From contig NW_026858590.1 of assembly GCF_026571515.1 (NCBI RefSeq), forward strand, positions 1 through 64,000: 64,000 nt of DNA. The letters are read 5' to 3'. The notes below the pieces were generated by a model. That model did no database searches and was not told the origin of the DNA. It was given only the letters and a program-made list of their open reading frames with translations. Each line of letters begins with the position of its first letter. The stretch's first letter is position 1. Both the position numbers and the translations under genes were made by a program. The stretch is from Ruditapes philippinarum (lineage: Eukaryota). Positions 26,301 through 39,178 of the stretch are shown in pieces.

Positions 26301-29230
26301 GTAAGACCATCATTATTTTTGTTATATAAATGTATATAAAATGACCTTTTCCGTGACATCACGCAATTCTTCAAACATACCATATCTATTTTATCTATGT
26401 AAAAGTATTAACTACCTAATGGTATGGGATCAAACCAAAGGGAAGAAAATTTAAGCCTTCTTATCACGCAAACAATAATTTGTTCGAAACAAATAATGAT
26501 ATTCGGTGACATATTATTAACGATCCAAAAAGATATAGCATATATTCAAGACTTAGTTTTTGAAACTGACATAAGAAAAACGAGCCAATAGCGTTATTGT
26601 TGGGGGAGGGTCCCATGTGCTCCTTCGTGCATGTTCAGTAACGAGTACAGGAGTATAAATCTATTTGAATTACTTTAATGTGCATTCATTACTTTCATTA
26701 ACCTTGAATAAACTGTTAACATGTATCGTATATTTGAGACTTGCTTAAACACATTTTCAGCTAAAACAAAACGCTACTCTTCAAAGATATACTAGAACAT
26801 TGTATGAGGATAAAATACATACTTATGTTTACCAGGGAAACTTTGATACATTATACGCAAGAACTGTGTTAAGTTTCGGATATTCCTCCTATTTGACCGC
26901 GAACCTAATTCTTGCCACATCATATAATTCAATACAACAGATATTGAATAAAATAAAATTATGACAAAATTAATTATATCTTAATTATATGTATTGAAAT
27001 TTCAAAATAAATTACCAATACTACTTAAAACATCAATAACAATAAATTCGTCACAACTATAAATACATTTAGGACTTTTATATATATGTTCAGGGAATTA
27101 AAAAGCAGACATAGTATCATAACGCTGACAAATAAAAACCAATTTTGCTTATCAATGGCTAGACAAATAACACATAATATCAACATTTCACGATATATTT
27201 GAATAATTGTTGCGTCAAAAAACTGACTATCGCCTTTGCAAATACGAAGCACTTAAAGATAAAGAACTATGAAAAATGCATAGTATAGTATATCTAAGAG
27301 AGAAAATAGAGTAAGCCTGTGGCAAATAAGTAAAATAGAGACTTATCATAAAAGCATCGTCTCGCACCAGAACAAAATATATTACGTTAGGGAGAATATA
27401 TGGGAAATTTATATATTTTATATTTCTATTTTCCAATACAAAGTACACAGGGCCGACGCTTTGATGTAAACAGATGTGATAAATGGTAAAACATTTTGAA
27501 ACAGTTTTAGAAAAATAAAGACATACTCATATCTGTTACAAAAACCTTACATCTTGGTAAGTTTGTAGAAATTTTGACTCGAAACAGCTTGGAATATAAG
27601 GTTGAACATCTATCTTGTAGCGTTCATTTTCGGCTGGATTCTTTCGTGCAAATGTATATAAAAAATATCAATAATGAACCATATAAATTGTGATATTTCC
27701 TTCTCAAATCAAATTATTATTGAATAAAACATAATATATTACATTAAAGAAAACGTTAAATTTTCATGTCTTGATAATGTAATGTAAACCAATTATGAAA
27801 CGAGCAAAAACAATATACATAATTTTACAAAACCTTTTCTAAATGGATGGAAATGATACACAAATCAATTAATTAATAAACTCAATCAATCAATCAATCA
27901 ATCAATCAAATTTATCCTCTTTGCTACAAAGAGCATATTCGTTTGCGGGCAGCAAAACGTTGTATATGAAATATATACCTAGAGGAAAAGAACATTAATT
28001 TTAACATTTTCATCATAATTTATTACAACAAATATAACTGAATTGTATGTCACAATGATGAAGTTTGATGTTTATGTTCTCTTTTCACAGGAGGAAAAGC
28101 TTTGTAATAAAAAATTCATCTTACCAATTTATTCAAAGATAAGTGACATAACTTAAACAAATGGTAATCAATGTAACTTTATAGTAAATGATTTTGACAA
28201 TTTAGTTGACATATTTTTTTGTCTTAAGGAATTTCACTTGGTGATACAGTTCTTTTTAAAAAGACATTGTTCAAAGAGTTGGATAAAATTATTTTACATA
28301 AAGGCAGATTAAGCCTCAAAAATGATTTTTTTCTGTAGAAAGGGCAACAATTTGTTTTATAACGTCGCAATAATGGAGTTGCTTTACAACTGCAGAAAAT
28401 AGCACCGAGTTTAAAAAAAAATTGTGTCAAAGGTAACAAACCGTTAATAAAGTTGTATTTGGCCTTTCATATAAAGATCTTTATCACTAAAAATGTACTT
28501 ATTGCCAAAACGCAAAGAAGCTAAATGTAATTCAACTGTATGGCCAATGAGAACATTTTAAGAAATGTAACAGAATACAAACTATAAATAACTTAATAAC
28601 AATTCAAGTGTTTGCATTTATAAAGTTTAATAGGTCTTTAACAATAATGAAAGCTAGTGTATTTTATAATATTGGTTGACAACAGAAACATCCCATAGTA
28701 CTTATTTACTTAAAGACTACACTAAATTTCAATAAATAGCAAACGCTGTACTTACCGAGAGAACTATTTGTTGAAAACAGATTTGTTCCTACGCACTAAT
28801 AAAACGCGGGTATTTTATCTAATTTAATTATTTTCATCTGACGTGTGAAGTTTTAATCAATCCTTTGTACTGGAAAATGTCAAATATCAAATAAAACACC
28901 ACAATATAAAGCGTATATCTGTTATGATAAACAAAATGAAAACGGCAGAAAAGAGAAGTGAAAATCAAAACATAGGCAGAGCATATTGAATAAAACTATG
29001 ACCATTAATTGATTTTTTTTTATGAAAACTGAAATAATAATGTAAACCATGGTCAATAATCAACAATAATTAGACCTAAATATTTTGTGTCCCCCCACAA
29101 ACTTGACAAAGTGCGCCCCTGTAATTCTGACATGACTGACCAGACGTATGAAACGCAACACAATAACTTCCACGTCAATGCAGATTACCGAAGACAAAAA
29201 CTTCACGTTGAAGGTACCCTGTTATAATTA

Positions 29231-29296
29231 TGTATGTGTTATAGGCTTAATGAAGGTCCATCCGCCTTTTCAGACACTGTGAGTACGGACCCAGGT
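29231..29296 (-). mobile_element. 66-bp retroposon 3'-end stub
   Basis: Flanked by CTGTTA(T/G)AATTA (29219-29230 and 29297-29308). The minus strand ends ...ATAACACATACA. Absent from other units. Confidence 0.55.
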
Positions 29297-30780
29297 CTGT
29301 TAGAATTAAACTCACTCATCATACTAAACATGTTGTGTATGTTAATTACATATTAAGAAGCTGTACATGTACAGACATATAGCAAAACCAAACAAATGGA
29401 TGATGATTAGAAAACATGCTAATTGCAGCATTTAATGATATTTACAATTTTGTTGTTTACCAAACAGTAAATTCCAAATGCAAAAAAGAAAGTATGCACT
29501 CGATTCCTTTTGTTATAACACTTTATTGTGTGACAACGAATACATAAGATACAGATTATTATCTGAATTTCCATGAAAACGTCTCCAAAGAAATATATCT
29601 GCAATTTATTTAGGGAAGAACATATTTTTTCACTTAAATGGATTAGAAAAGACTTCAGATTGTTATCAATATCGTTATAATCATGCAACGATTGAAATGC
29701 ATTACTAATTGAGAAAACACGGTAAATCTCAAGTTAAAAATGATGACTCGGCAAATTTATATAGATATTTTGAAAAAGATGCTGTAGAAAAAATTGTTGC
29801 AATCAAAATAAGCTTAACTTGGGTAAATTGGAGATCCCTCTAGAGCAATAAAAACGAAATTCATAATATGAAAACTGCAGATGCGATGTGATCAAGTTTT
29901 TCATGAGAGAAAATACAAGTAGCAACATCTTTATTTCGCTTGCTGCCTAGCACCGGCTTAAGTAGTATTAAACCTTAAACACAATAAAAATCTGGATAAA
30001 GTGTGATCCCTCGCATGCATTCATCACAACAAAATTACAGAATATTGCAGATTCGGTTTGATTGAGTCTGTACGTGAGGGATAATGAACAGCAACATTCC
30101 TTTCGCCCCCCTAGCACCGACTTGAGGGGTATTCAATTTTCAACACTCAAAAGTGATGGAATCAACGATCCCGAAGGATCAGAACAAATAACAACACTGA
30201 AGTGAAGTACGGGACACTATTTTGCAGTTGTCTCACAGCACTAGACACCTTCTATTGCGAGTAAAGGGGATTTGCTGCAAAAGCATCCAACAAAGCAAAC
30301 TTTTTATTGAAACTGTGATATGAAATATGATTACAGGATTGCAAATAAGATTTGTAACGTTAAAAAACCGAAACGTTTATATATGGTTGTAAGCTATTTA
30401 AGCACTTATTTTACTGTATATTAATTTCACTTCATTTATAAAAATAAAAACTTTTTCTTGATAAAAATTATGAATAATATTCATCTCAAAATTCAAAAGG
30501 CAAATTTTGAATTTCTAAATGGTAAACAGTCTTTTCCGTTTCTTTTTATATTCTCAATTTGAAAAACAAATGATTGACAAAATCAAAGCATATTTAAACT
30601 ATAGAATTTGTGTTTGCATTTTACCTTTTACCGAGACCTCCATTTTGAAGACAATTCTATCTAAATGTTAAAAAAATCAAATAAGAAAAGAGTCACGATA
30701 ACAAATAGCAAAAGCTTTCGCTTTAAACATGCTGAATGATTAATATATATAGTAAATTTTTTTTAGCTTTTATATACTTT

Positions 30781-31550
30781 TAATACCTATGTTACTATAT
30801 ATAGTAACAAAATTTAGGGTATTGCAAGGCCATTATTATCTAGGTCATTATGCAATTTCGGCCGCTTTGCTACTTGGCATTATTTTTCCATAATGGGCGA
30901 GTGAATAAGCGCACTTGCAGAATGACGTCAACAACTCTCAGTGACTTTCAAGATGGCTGCTGACGTTGAATAAACTGTAGTCACTGGCACACAAATTGTT
31001 TTAAAGTTTGAATGACATAATTTATCACAATCAGCAAAGCTTATTATTGAAGATTTATAAACACAAGACTATAGATGACCATCATAAATTCCAAAAATGA
31101 TTTTAGATGATTGACTGTACCCTAGACAGTCCCAGAAACCGTTCTTGAAGGCACAAAACTTCATAAAAAACTAGCACTAGATCTAAATTTAATTCTCACA
31201 AAAAATGTGAAGAGTAGGGTTCAGTATTATCGATAAAAACAACAATTAAACAACATTTTCTTATATTTATGTGTTGTCTTGTTTTCTAAGTACAGTATGA
31301 CAGATATTTGTTTACATTGACAACGGTCCGTTTCTTGGAAAGGGCGACAACCAAAATTAGCGGCGATGTCAAAACGCCGTATTTCGGACATAGGTATTAA
31401 AGACGTTAATACTTTGTTGCTGCTCGCCATTATGCGATAATGGCCCTCGAATTCATAATGTCCTTCGAGTCTGTGGCGCTCAGGCCATTATGCACATCTT
31501 CGGGCCATTATCGCATAATGGCGAGCAGCAACCAAGTATTACCCTCTAAA
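30781..31550. mobile_element. Non-autonomous element with asymmetric inverted repeats and terminal hairpin (Crypton-like by inference)
   Basis: Absent at the equivalent site ~18750. The left end TAATACCTATG is inverted at 31389-31399, followed by a hairpin with 40-bp arms (31407-31446 and 31502-31541, one mismatch). No clear TSD. Confidence 0.75.
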
Positions 31551-34500
31551 TATCTTTTTATGTAAAACGACGTAATGCAACTGAAGCCCGCATAGTGATT
31601 GATTTTCTGAACCTTACTTTCAAATATAAATTTTATCCTGTTCCCAATCTGCGTAGAAATTCAAACAATCAAACAATGTATTTCTAATTAATTAAATATA
31701 TTCTGACTAATTTGAATAACTTTTACACTTTGAAATGACATTTTATGAGAGTCATGCTTTGTTATTGTAAATTGATTACGCAATTTGCATTTCAAATGTT
31801 TCATGATATTTGTTTAAAACGTGACTAGCTTTAACTTTACAGTAAAGGCAAAAAATTCAAGTTAATAGAAATAATCTTGATCTGACATGAAATATGACTT
31901 AAAGAATAATTTTAAAAGATGGAAACAAACATAAAATGTTCTAATAGTTATCATCTGTATTTTGGTGTTGGTTTTTTTTGCCATGGCAAACTCCAAAGAC
32001 AGCAAATCATCACGCCCACGTTATTTTTACATTTTGAATATTTTTTTTCTCTCCGAATCCTAATATCAAACAGATGCGACTTTATGTTTTTGACAGCATT
32101 CATTAATTTTATAGATGTCTTAGAAAAACATACTGCTTAGGAACAAATGACAACAGGGAACAACAATTTTGGATAAAGGAACATATTTTTAACAAAACAT
32201 CTAACAATCAAGATAACAGAGTTTCTCTTACAATAATTTGTTTTTTTCCGCGTTTAAAAACAATTCTATTACATACACGAAATAAATTACTATTGAGTTA
32301 AATAGATATATAGAAAAATACCCTTAAAGCATTCTTTACAGTTTCATGATAGTAATAATAGAAGAATAATTGACAATTATCCTACAAATTACAAAAAAGC
32401 AATTATGTATTTTTCGAACTATTAAGAAATCTATTTTAGAACAGGATGAAATTAACCTCAATAAGAATGACATTGATTATAAGCTATCACATGCGAAGAC
32501 TCTACGCTGCAGCCGAAAATATATTTAAAGACTACTGTAAACACTTTCATTTCTGTTTGTGATGACATCAAGATTGAGAGCAGATTATGTATAAACAGAC
32601 AATAAAATTGATATGTGTGACATGATTTAAGGATTTAAAATAGTGTTCAATTAAAATCTCAAAGACACGTGTAAGCAAAATATTAAACAATCAAATGCTA
32701 TATAACTCACCCCATTGCAAATTAAACTAGCAAAAATCAATTTGAAAATTTTAGATGTATACATTATACAGTGCATCGTAAAGAGAAGATGTAAAATAAT
32801 CTCACAGAGGCCAAGGCATTAACTAAGACCATCATTATTTTTGTTATATAAATGTACATGTATATGAAATGACCTTTTCCGTGATATCACGCAATTCTTC
32901 AAATATATCATATCTATTTTATGGCTGCATCTATGTAAAAGTATTAACTACCTAATGGTATGGGATCAAACCATAGAGGAAGAAAATTTAAGCCTTCTTA
33001 TCACGCTCGGTACAATATCCATTATATACATGTATAATTTGTCTTATAGTTGTACAAGAAATGCTTATATAGAGATTTTAATGTATATCAAACACGAGCA
33101 AAAGAAGGTCAAAAAACAACAACAACACAATTTTTAAAACCATAATTGTGAATATGTGTCATCAATATGTGTCATCAAGTGTTGATACTTAAATGATCAT
33201 TTTGATATTGAAGTAAAACATTTGATTTTCAAAACAAAAAATGATATACAGTAGCATATTATTAACGAGCATATATTCAAGACTTAGTATTTGAAACTGA
33301 CATAAGAAAAACGAGCAAATAGTTATTGTTGGGGGAGGGTCAAATTTGCGCCTTCGTGCATTTTTAGCTACGAGCGGGTACACGAGTATAATTTTATTTG
33401 AATTACTTTAATGTTCGTCCATTACTTTCATTAACCTTGAATAAACAATTAACATGTATTTTGCGCCTTCGTGCATTTTCAGCTACGAGCGGATACACGA
33501 GTATAATTTTATTTGAATTACTTTAATGTACGTCCATTACTTTCATTAACCTTGAATAAACAATTAACATGTATCGTATATTTGAGACTTGCTTAAACAC
33601 TTTTTCAGCTAAAACAAAACGCTAGTCTTCAAAGATATATTAGAACAAATGATGTTTACCAGGGCGACTTTGATACATTCTACGCAAGAACTGTGTTAAG
33701 TTTCGGATATTCCTCCTATTTGACCGCGAACCTAATTCTTGCCACATCATAAAATTCAATACAACAAATACTTAATAAAATAAAATTATGACAAAATTCA
33801 TTATTCCTACAGGTTTGATCCTTAGTTATATATATTGATAATTTCAAAACAAATTACCAAAACTACTTAAAACATCAATAACAATAAATTGTTCACAACT
33901 ATAAATACATTTAGGAGTAATATATATGTTCAGGGAATTAAAAAGCAGACCTTGTATGATAACGCTGTCAAATAAACACCAATTTTGCTTATCAATGGCT
34001 AGACAAATAACACATTATATCAACATTTCACGATATATTTGAATAATTGTTGCGTCAAAAACTGACTATCGCCTTTGCAAATACGAAGCACTTAAAGATA
34101 AAGAACTATTCAAATGCATAGTATAGTATTTCTTAGAGAGAAAATAGAGTAAGTCTGTGTCAAATAAGTAAAATAGAGACTCATCATAAAAGCATCGTCT
34201 CGCACCAGAACAAAATATATTACGTTAGGGAGAATATATGGGAAATTTATATATTTTATTTTTCTATTTTCCCATACATAGTACACAGGGCCGAAGCTTT
34301 GATGTAAAACAGATGTGATAAATGGTTAAACATTTTGAAAATAAAGACATAATGATATCTGTAACAAAAACCTTACATCTTGATAAGTTTTTGGAATTTT
34401 GACTCAAATCAGCTTGGAACTGAAGGTTTATCGACTAGCGTTCAATTTCGGCTGAATTCTTTCGTGCAATCGTATATTTATATGTACCATATAGATTGTG

Positions 34501-34667
34501 ATATTTTCTTCACAAATCAAGTTATTATTGAACAAAGCACAATATGTTACATTAAAGAAGAAGCAGTTGATTTTCATGACGTTAAATTTTCATGTCTTGA
34601 TAATGTAATGTTAACCAATTATGAAATGAGCAAAAACAATATACTAGAACATGCAAAACCTTATCTA

Positions 34668-34805
34668 NNNNNNNNNNNNNNNNNNNNNNNNNNNNNNNNN
34701 NNNNNNNNNNNNNNNNNNNNNNNNNNNNNNNNNNNNNNNNNNNNNNNNNNNNNNNNNNNNNNNNNNNNNNNNNNNNNNNNNNNNNNNNNNNNNNNNNNNN
34801 NNNNN
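34668..34805. other. Assembly gap (138 N) at the position of the (CAAT)n tract
   Basis: Flanks AAACCTTATCTA and AGCGAAAATGG bracket the CAAT microsatellite in the units at 15.9 kb and 22.0 kb. Confidence 0.97.
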
Positions 34806-34926
34806 AGCGAAAATGGTTTGCATTATATATGAAATATATGCTTTGAAAAAATAGAACATTAAATTAAACATGTATTTTAACATGTGTTAGTGCTAAAACT
34901 AAATTGTATGTAAGAAAATTAAAGTA

Positions 34927-35046
34927 TCCGCGCAGTCTGACAGGATCCATGCTGTTCGCTTACAAACCCTATTTCAAGTAGAACAGCATGTATCCTGATC
35001 AGACTGCGCGGATGCGCAGGCTGGTCTGGATCCAGGCTGGTCGCAT
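34927..35046. mobile_element. Same MITE with both termini deleted
   Basis: Internal portion TCCGCGCAGTCTGACAGGATCCATGCTGTTCGCTTACAAACCC...GGCTGGTCGCA only. Confidence 0.88.
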
Positions 35047-35640
35047 GTTTCAGTTCTCTTTTTATATTAGGAAAAACGTCGTAATAGAACATACACATTT
35101 ACTCAAAGATAAAATATAGTTCAATTAGTAATGTAACAATAGATGGAATCTGCCATTTTAGTTGACACATTTTCTTTGTCTCTAGGGAAAATTGTTTAAT
35201 AATACAATTTTGTATTAAAAGGCATTGTTCACAGATTTTGGGATAAAATATTTTACTTAAAGGCAGATTAAGCCTCATAATTGATTGTTTTTTTCTGTAG
35301 AAAGGGCAAACACGTGTTTTAAAACGTTGCAATAATACATTTAGAACATGTAAGATGCTGAACACCTGCAGAAAATATCAACGAGTTAAAAAAAATAATT
35401 TGTAACAAACCGTTAATAAATTTGTATTTGGCCTTTCATACAAAGTACTTTATCACTAAAATGTACTTATTGCCAAATGGCAAAGCAGCTAAATGTAATT
35501 CATCTATATGGTCAATGAGAACATTTTGAAAATTGCAACAGAATACCACCAAACATAAATAACTTAAGAACAATTAAAGTGTTTGCATTTATAAAGTTGA
35601 ATGGGTCTATTACAATAATGAAGGCGATACAATAACTTAC

Positions 35641-35818
35641 TTAAGATTTTGATGCTCATCCGGTAAAGGATTGTATTTACTTCCGTTTCCGGTGCTTGAA
35701 ATGCTGAGAACTCGGCTTGGAGGAGCATTGTTGTCACTTTCATTTTGTCCATGGTGTTGACGATGACGGTGCCGACTTTTCTGTGCCGGAAGTTGAAGCT
35801 GATTTGCCGCTGCCATTT
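35641..35818 (-). CDS. Single exon of an unidentified host gene, probably the first coding exon (ATG at 35816): MAAANQLQLPAQKSRHRHRQHHGQNESDNNAPPSRVLSISSTGNGSKYNPLPDEHQNL+AA
   Basis: Acceptor ttgcatttttgttacag| and donor CTTAA|gtaagtt. The 178-nt segment is clearly GC-richer than its surroundings. 58 open codons follow an ATG located 2 nt after the acceptor. A second frame (KWQRQISF...) is also open. It is missed as an ATG ORF by the track because it is too short. Confidence 0.75.
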
Positions 35819-38334
35819 CTGTAACAAAAATGCAACGATTGTTTCAGATTTTATGAGTCATTGTGATTTTAGCTGCCATATTAAAAAAAACAAACCCCAA
35901 AGTCATAAAAACACAATACAATGATAAGTTTCTGAATTCTGCAAGAATTCATAAATAATACAGGAAGTTCATATTGAGATGCATGTGCGTTTATAATCTA
36001 AATAAGACGTAAACAACAAATCAACTTCTTGTTAAGAAAGTATCAGGGAGAAAATACCCTAAAATAATAAACTGATAACCAAATATATGAACGTCAAATA
36101 ACATCATTCAAATACAATTTTTACAAATATTTTCTGTAGTGACAATATCTTACAAGAGACAATACTGTGTCTGATTTGTTTTATATTACATGTATTGTTG
36201 CTTCCCTTACATCTTAAAAACACTTTCTTCAAATACACCGATATTCTGTCTAACAAACATTTTTTGTAAAGATCATTTGATCAAATAAGGAGAGAGGGAG
36301 AGAGAGTGGAGAGAGAAAGCACGTGGAAATTTCCATCTTTCATTCACTAGCTTGGGGTTAAATGTTAAAATTTGTAACCACAATTTTCTTCTGAAAAATG
36401 GCATTTTTGTTATGAAGAGATAGCTTTTTTATTTAATGTATACAATCAAAATTAACTGTTAGCAAACGTTTTTGTTGTTTGATGAAAAGGCAAGGCATTT
36501 TTTCGGAAATCAAAGAAAATAACTGAACAGTATTTAAACAGTTTTTGCAAATATGTGAACAAACAAAGATACGAAAAATGTTTGTATTGCTAGGTAATAT
36601 GAAAGTTATTAATCTCCGTCGGTAACCACCTGTGCATAACTATGCTAGATATAGCCGCGCTCATGCAAGGAATTAGGGTCGTTAAAATGGTGAACTCCTT
36701 TTGTTAGTGTCCATTTTCCCCTCTTGGTATTTTAATCTCTTGGAAGAAGCTGACTATATAAGTTTTTTTTTGTAGTTTGAACAATGTCTTTCTAGATTTG
36801 TTACAAGTGAAATACGTTTGGGAATTCTTGCCTAGATTACAATATTAATATTGTTTGAAATCATTGTATTGCAAGAAGATAAATCGGATATCGGATTCCT
36901 GTAGAATATGGATAAACGCATGCTAAAAATGTGTTGACTAAATTTTCAAAAGTCAAGAACAAGCCAAAGCCTCCCCCCCACAAAAAAAAAATAAATAAAT
37001 AAATAAATAAATAAATAGATAAATGAAAACACGTAATATTTTAAATGATTATGAATACAGCATTTTGATAAATAAGAATGAACGCTAAAAATTGACAAAC
37101 AAGAACATAAAAAGTAAAGGAAAATATAAATGTTTGCAAAAAAGGATTTTAATATCATAAGAAATAATTATTAAATGCTGGGATATTCAATAAAGTCTTA
37201 ATCCTTTTCATGACAAACTGTCAAGAATCATTTGCGTACGCTAGGTGACAGTATTTCCAAATGCAGTCGAACTGATAAATATCTAATTGAATGTGTCACA
37301 ATTCTCAGTCGTTCATCCTTAAAAACATGGGATTGGTTTGGAGTAGTACCTACTAGATGCATCACAAAGTAGAAAATATCGTTTTTTTTTCACCGATTCT
37401 TACATTTTTTTCCAATCATTATCGTATATAAATCGGTGTGAAGAGACGAATTAGATGTTTTAAAGTTCATTCTGATGGGAGAAAAGGCGAGAGTTTAGCA
37501 TTTAATCATTCAAGCGCATTGTCCGGTATATACCGGAATACGGTATTTAGTGTGGTGCTCCGTCTCACTCAAAAACATGCATTATAGAATAAAATTTGGA
37601 GCTCATATTTCAAATGATTAGTGCAACGGATTTTTTTCTTTTGTTCTTGTACTTTCAAATTATAACGTTAATAAAAGTTCAACAATGAAAACATACGCAA
37701 CAGTTCTTTATTTCTTTTGCAATTAAAGAGAGGTGTAGATTTTGAAATGAAGACCACACCATAGTTCATTGCATTTAGAAATGGTTGGATACAATACCAC
37801 TTCTTTAAATATCGGCTAGAACTTCAGGACTTGAAGTTGAAACTTTCTCCATTCTTTTACATTAAGTTACTTTATGTTTACTAGTGTAAGTCCCTTGATA
37901 TTGCTATTTAAGATGACGATGTACAATAAACAAACTTTAATTCGTTTTAAAGGCACTTTCAAAATTATTGCAAGTACATTATTTGCCCGCTAGAGAATAT
38001 GGAGCAATGTCTTATGCCACTTTACGATTATAATGAAGTTCCATTATTATTTTGAATGAGCTTCTTTTCTATAAATGTTGGATTTGAAATGGTTTCTCTA
38101 TATCTATAAATTGTACTGCTGTAGAATTTCTTTTAAAATTTCAAACCTGATGTCGTTGTTAAGTGGATTTAAAGCGATCCAGATCTTTCCAAGAACTGGG
38201 TCAAATTATCTAACAATAATCTCAATAATCTAACAATCTCCTATGCAACATTTTCAGAATGTTAACATCTCTAGACCTGTTGTATAAATATCTTATAGTT
38301 TAATAATATTTTGTTGTGTGAACATACTCATCAA

Positions 38335-39178
38335 TTATAATACAAGACGTTTGTAAGGTCCCTTTTAATTAGATAATCGTGACGTTTATATTATTAGTTA
38401 TAAAGATTCTTGACAGGTTATGTGGCCCTATATAAACGGCTGTTTGGAAATATAACCCGAGCCGCTAGGCGAGGGTTATATTGCAAACAGCCGTTTATAT
38501 ACGGTCATATAACCTGTCAGGAATATTTATAACGAATTTATAATACAGCAAACTTGCTTTTTGAGAAAAATGTGAGATTTCTTAGAAAAATGACAGCAGC
38601 CGTGTATATAAAACTATATAAACGTCACGATTATCCAATGAAAAGTGACGTTACAAACGTGCAGTATTATAAAGTTTTTTTATTATACTGCATGTTTGTA
38701 ACGTCATTTTTCATTGGATAATCGTGACGTTTATATAGTTTTATATACACAGCTGCTGTCGATTCATGAAGAAATCTTACTTTTATTCTCTAAAAATGAT
38801 GCTTGCTGTATTATAAATTCGTTATAATGATTGTTGACAGGTGATATTGCCGTAGATAAACGGCTGTTTGCAATATAACCCTCGCCTAACGGCTCGGGTT
38901 ATATTTACAAATAGCCGTTTATATAGGGCCATATAACCTGTCAACGATCTTTATAACTAATAATATACACGGCTACTGTCGATTCATGAAGAAATCTTAT
39001 TTTTTTCTAAAATATGATGCGTGCTGTATTATAAATTCGTTATAAAGATTGTTGACAGGATATATGGCCGTATATAAACGGCTGTTTGCAATATAACCCT
39101 CGCCAAGAGGCTCGGGTTATATTTACGAACAGCTGTTTATATAGGGTCATATAACCTGTCAAAAATCTTTAAAACTAA
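38335..39178. mobile_element. Cluster of ~280-bp hairpin MITEs (Crypton-like by inference) forming a nested palindrome
   Basis: 38387-38673 is the reverse complement of 38679-38967. Each arm holds its own ~140-bp hairpin (TGACAGG...ATAAACGGCTGTTTG...CAAACAGCCGTTTAT...CCTGTCA). A third partial copy lies at 38964-39178 and a head fragment at 38335-38390. Confidence 0.9.

Larger units (their letters stand above)
1..35640. repeat. Tandem array (macrosatellite-like/segmental duplication) of ~5.2-7 kb non-coding units: one partial plus five full copies
   Basis: The marker CTAGTG(C/T)ATTTTAT recurs at 1118, 11694, 16962, 23456 and 28654. Other blocks recur in the same order, e.g. TACGTTAGGGAGAATATATGGGAAATTTATAT at ~733, 8841, 21519, 27382, 34221. 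Copies look roughly 85-95% identical by eye. No ORF is conserved across copies. Confidence 0.97.

Noticed and set aside
15723-34832. Recurrent ORF MYHIDCDIFFTNQVIIEQ... in three units
   Set aside because: Recurrence reflects recent duplication. It is disrupted in B-type units, has no recognisable domain, and the 150-aa version is inflated by Ns.
37335-37700. Possible TTAA-type transposon fragment or promoter with short palindromes (TCCGGTATATACCGGA)
   Set aside because: No matching second terminus or empty site in the window to define it.
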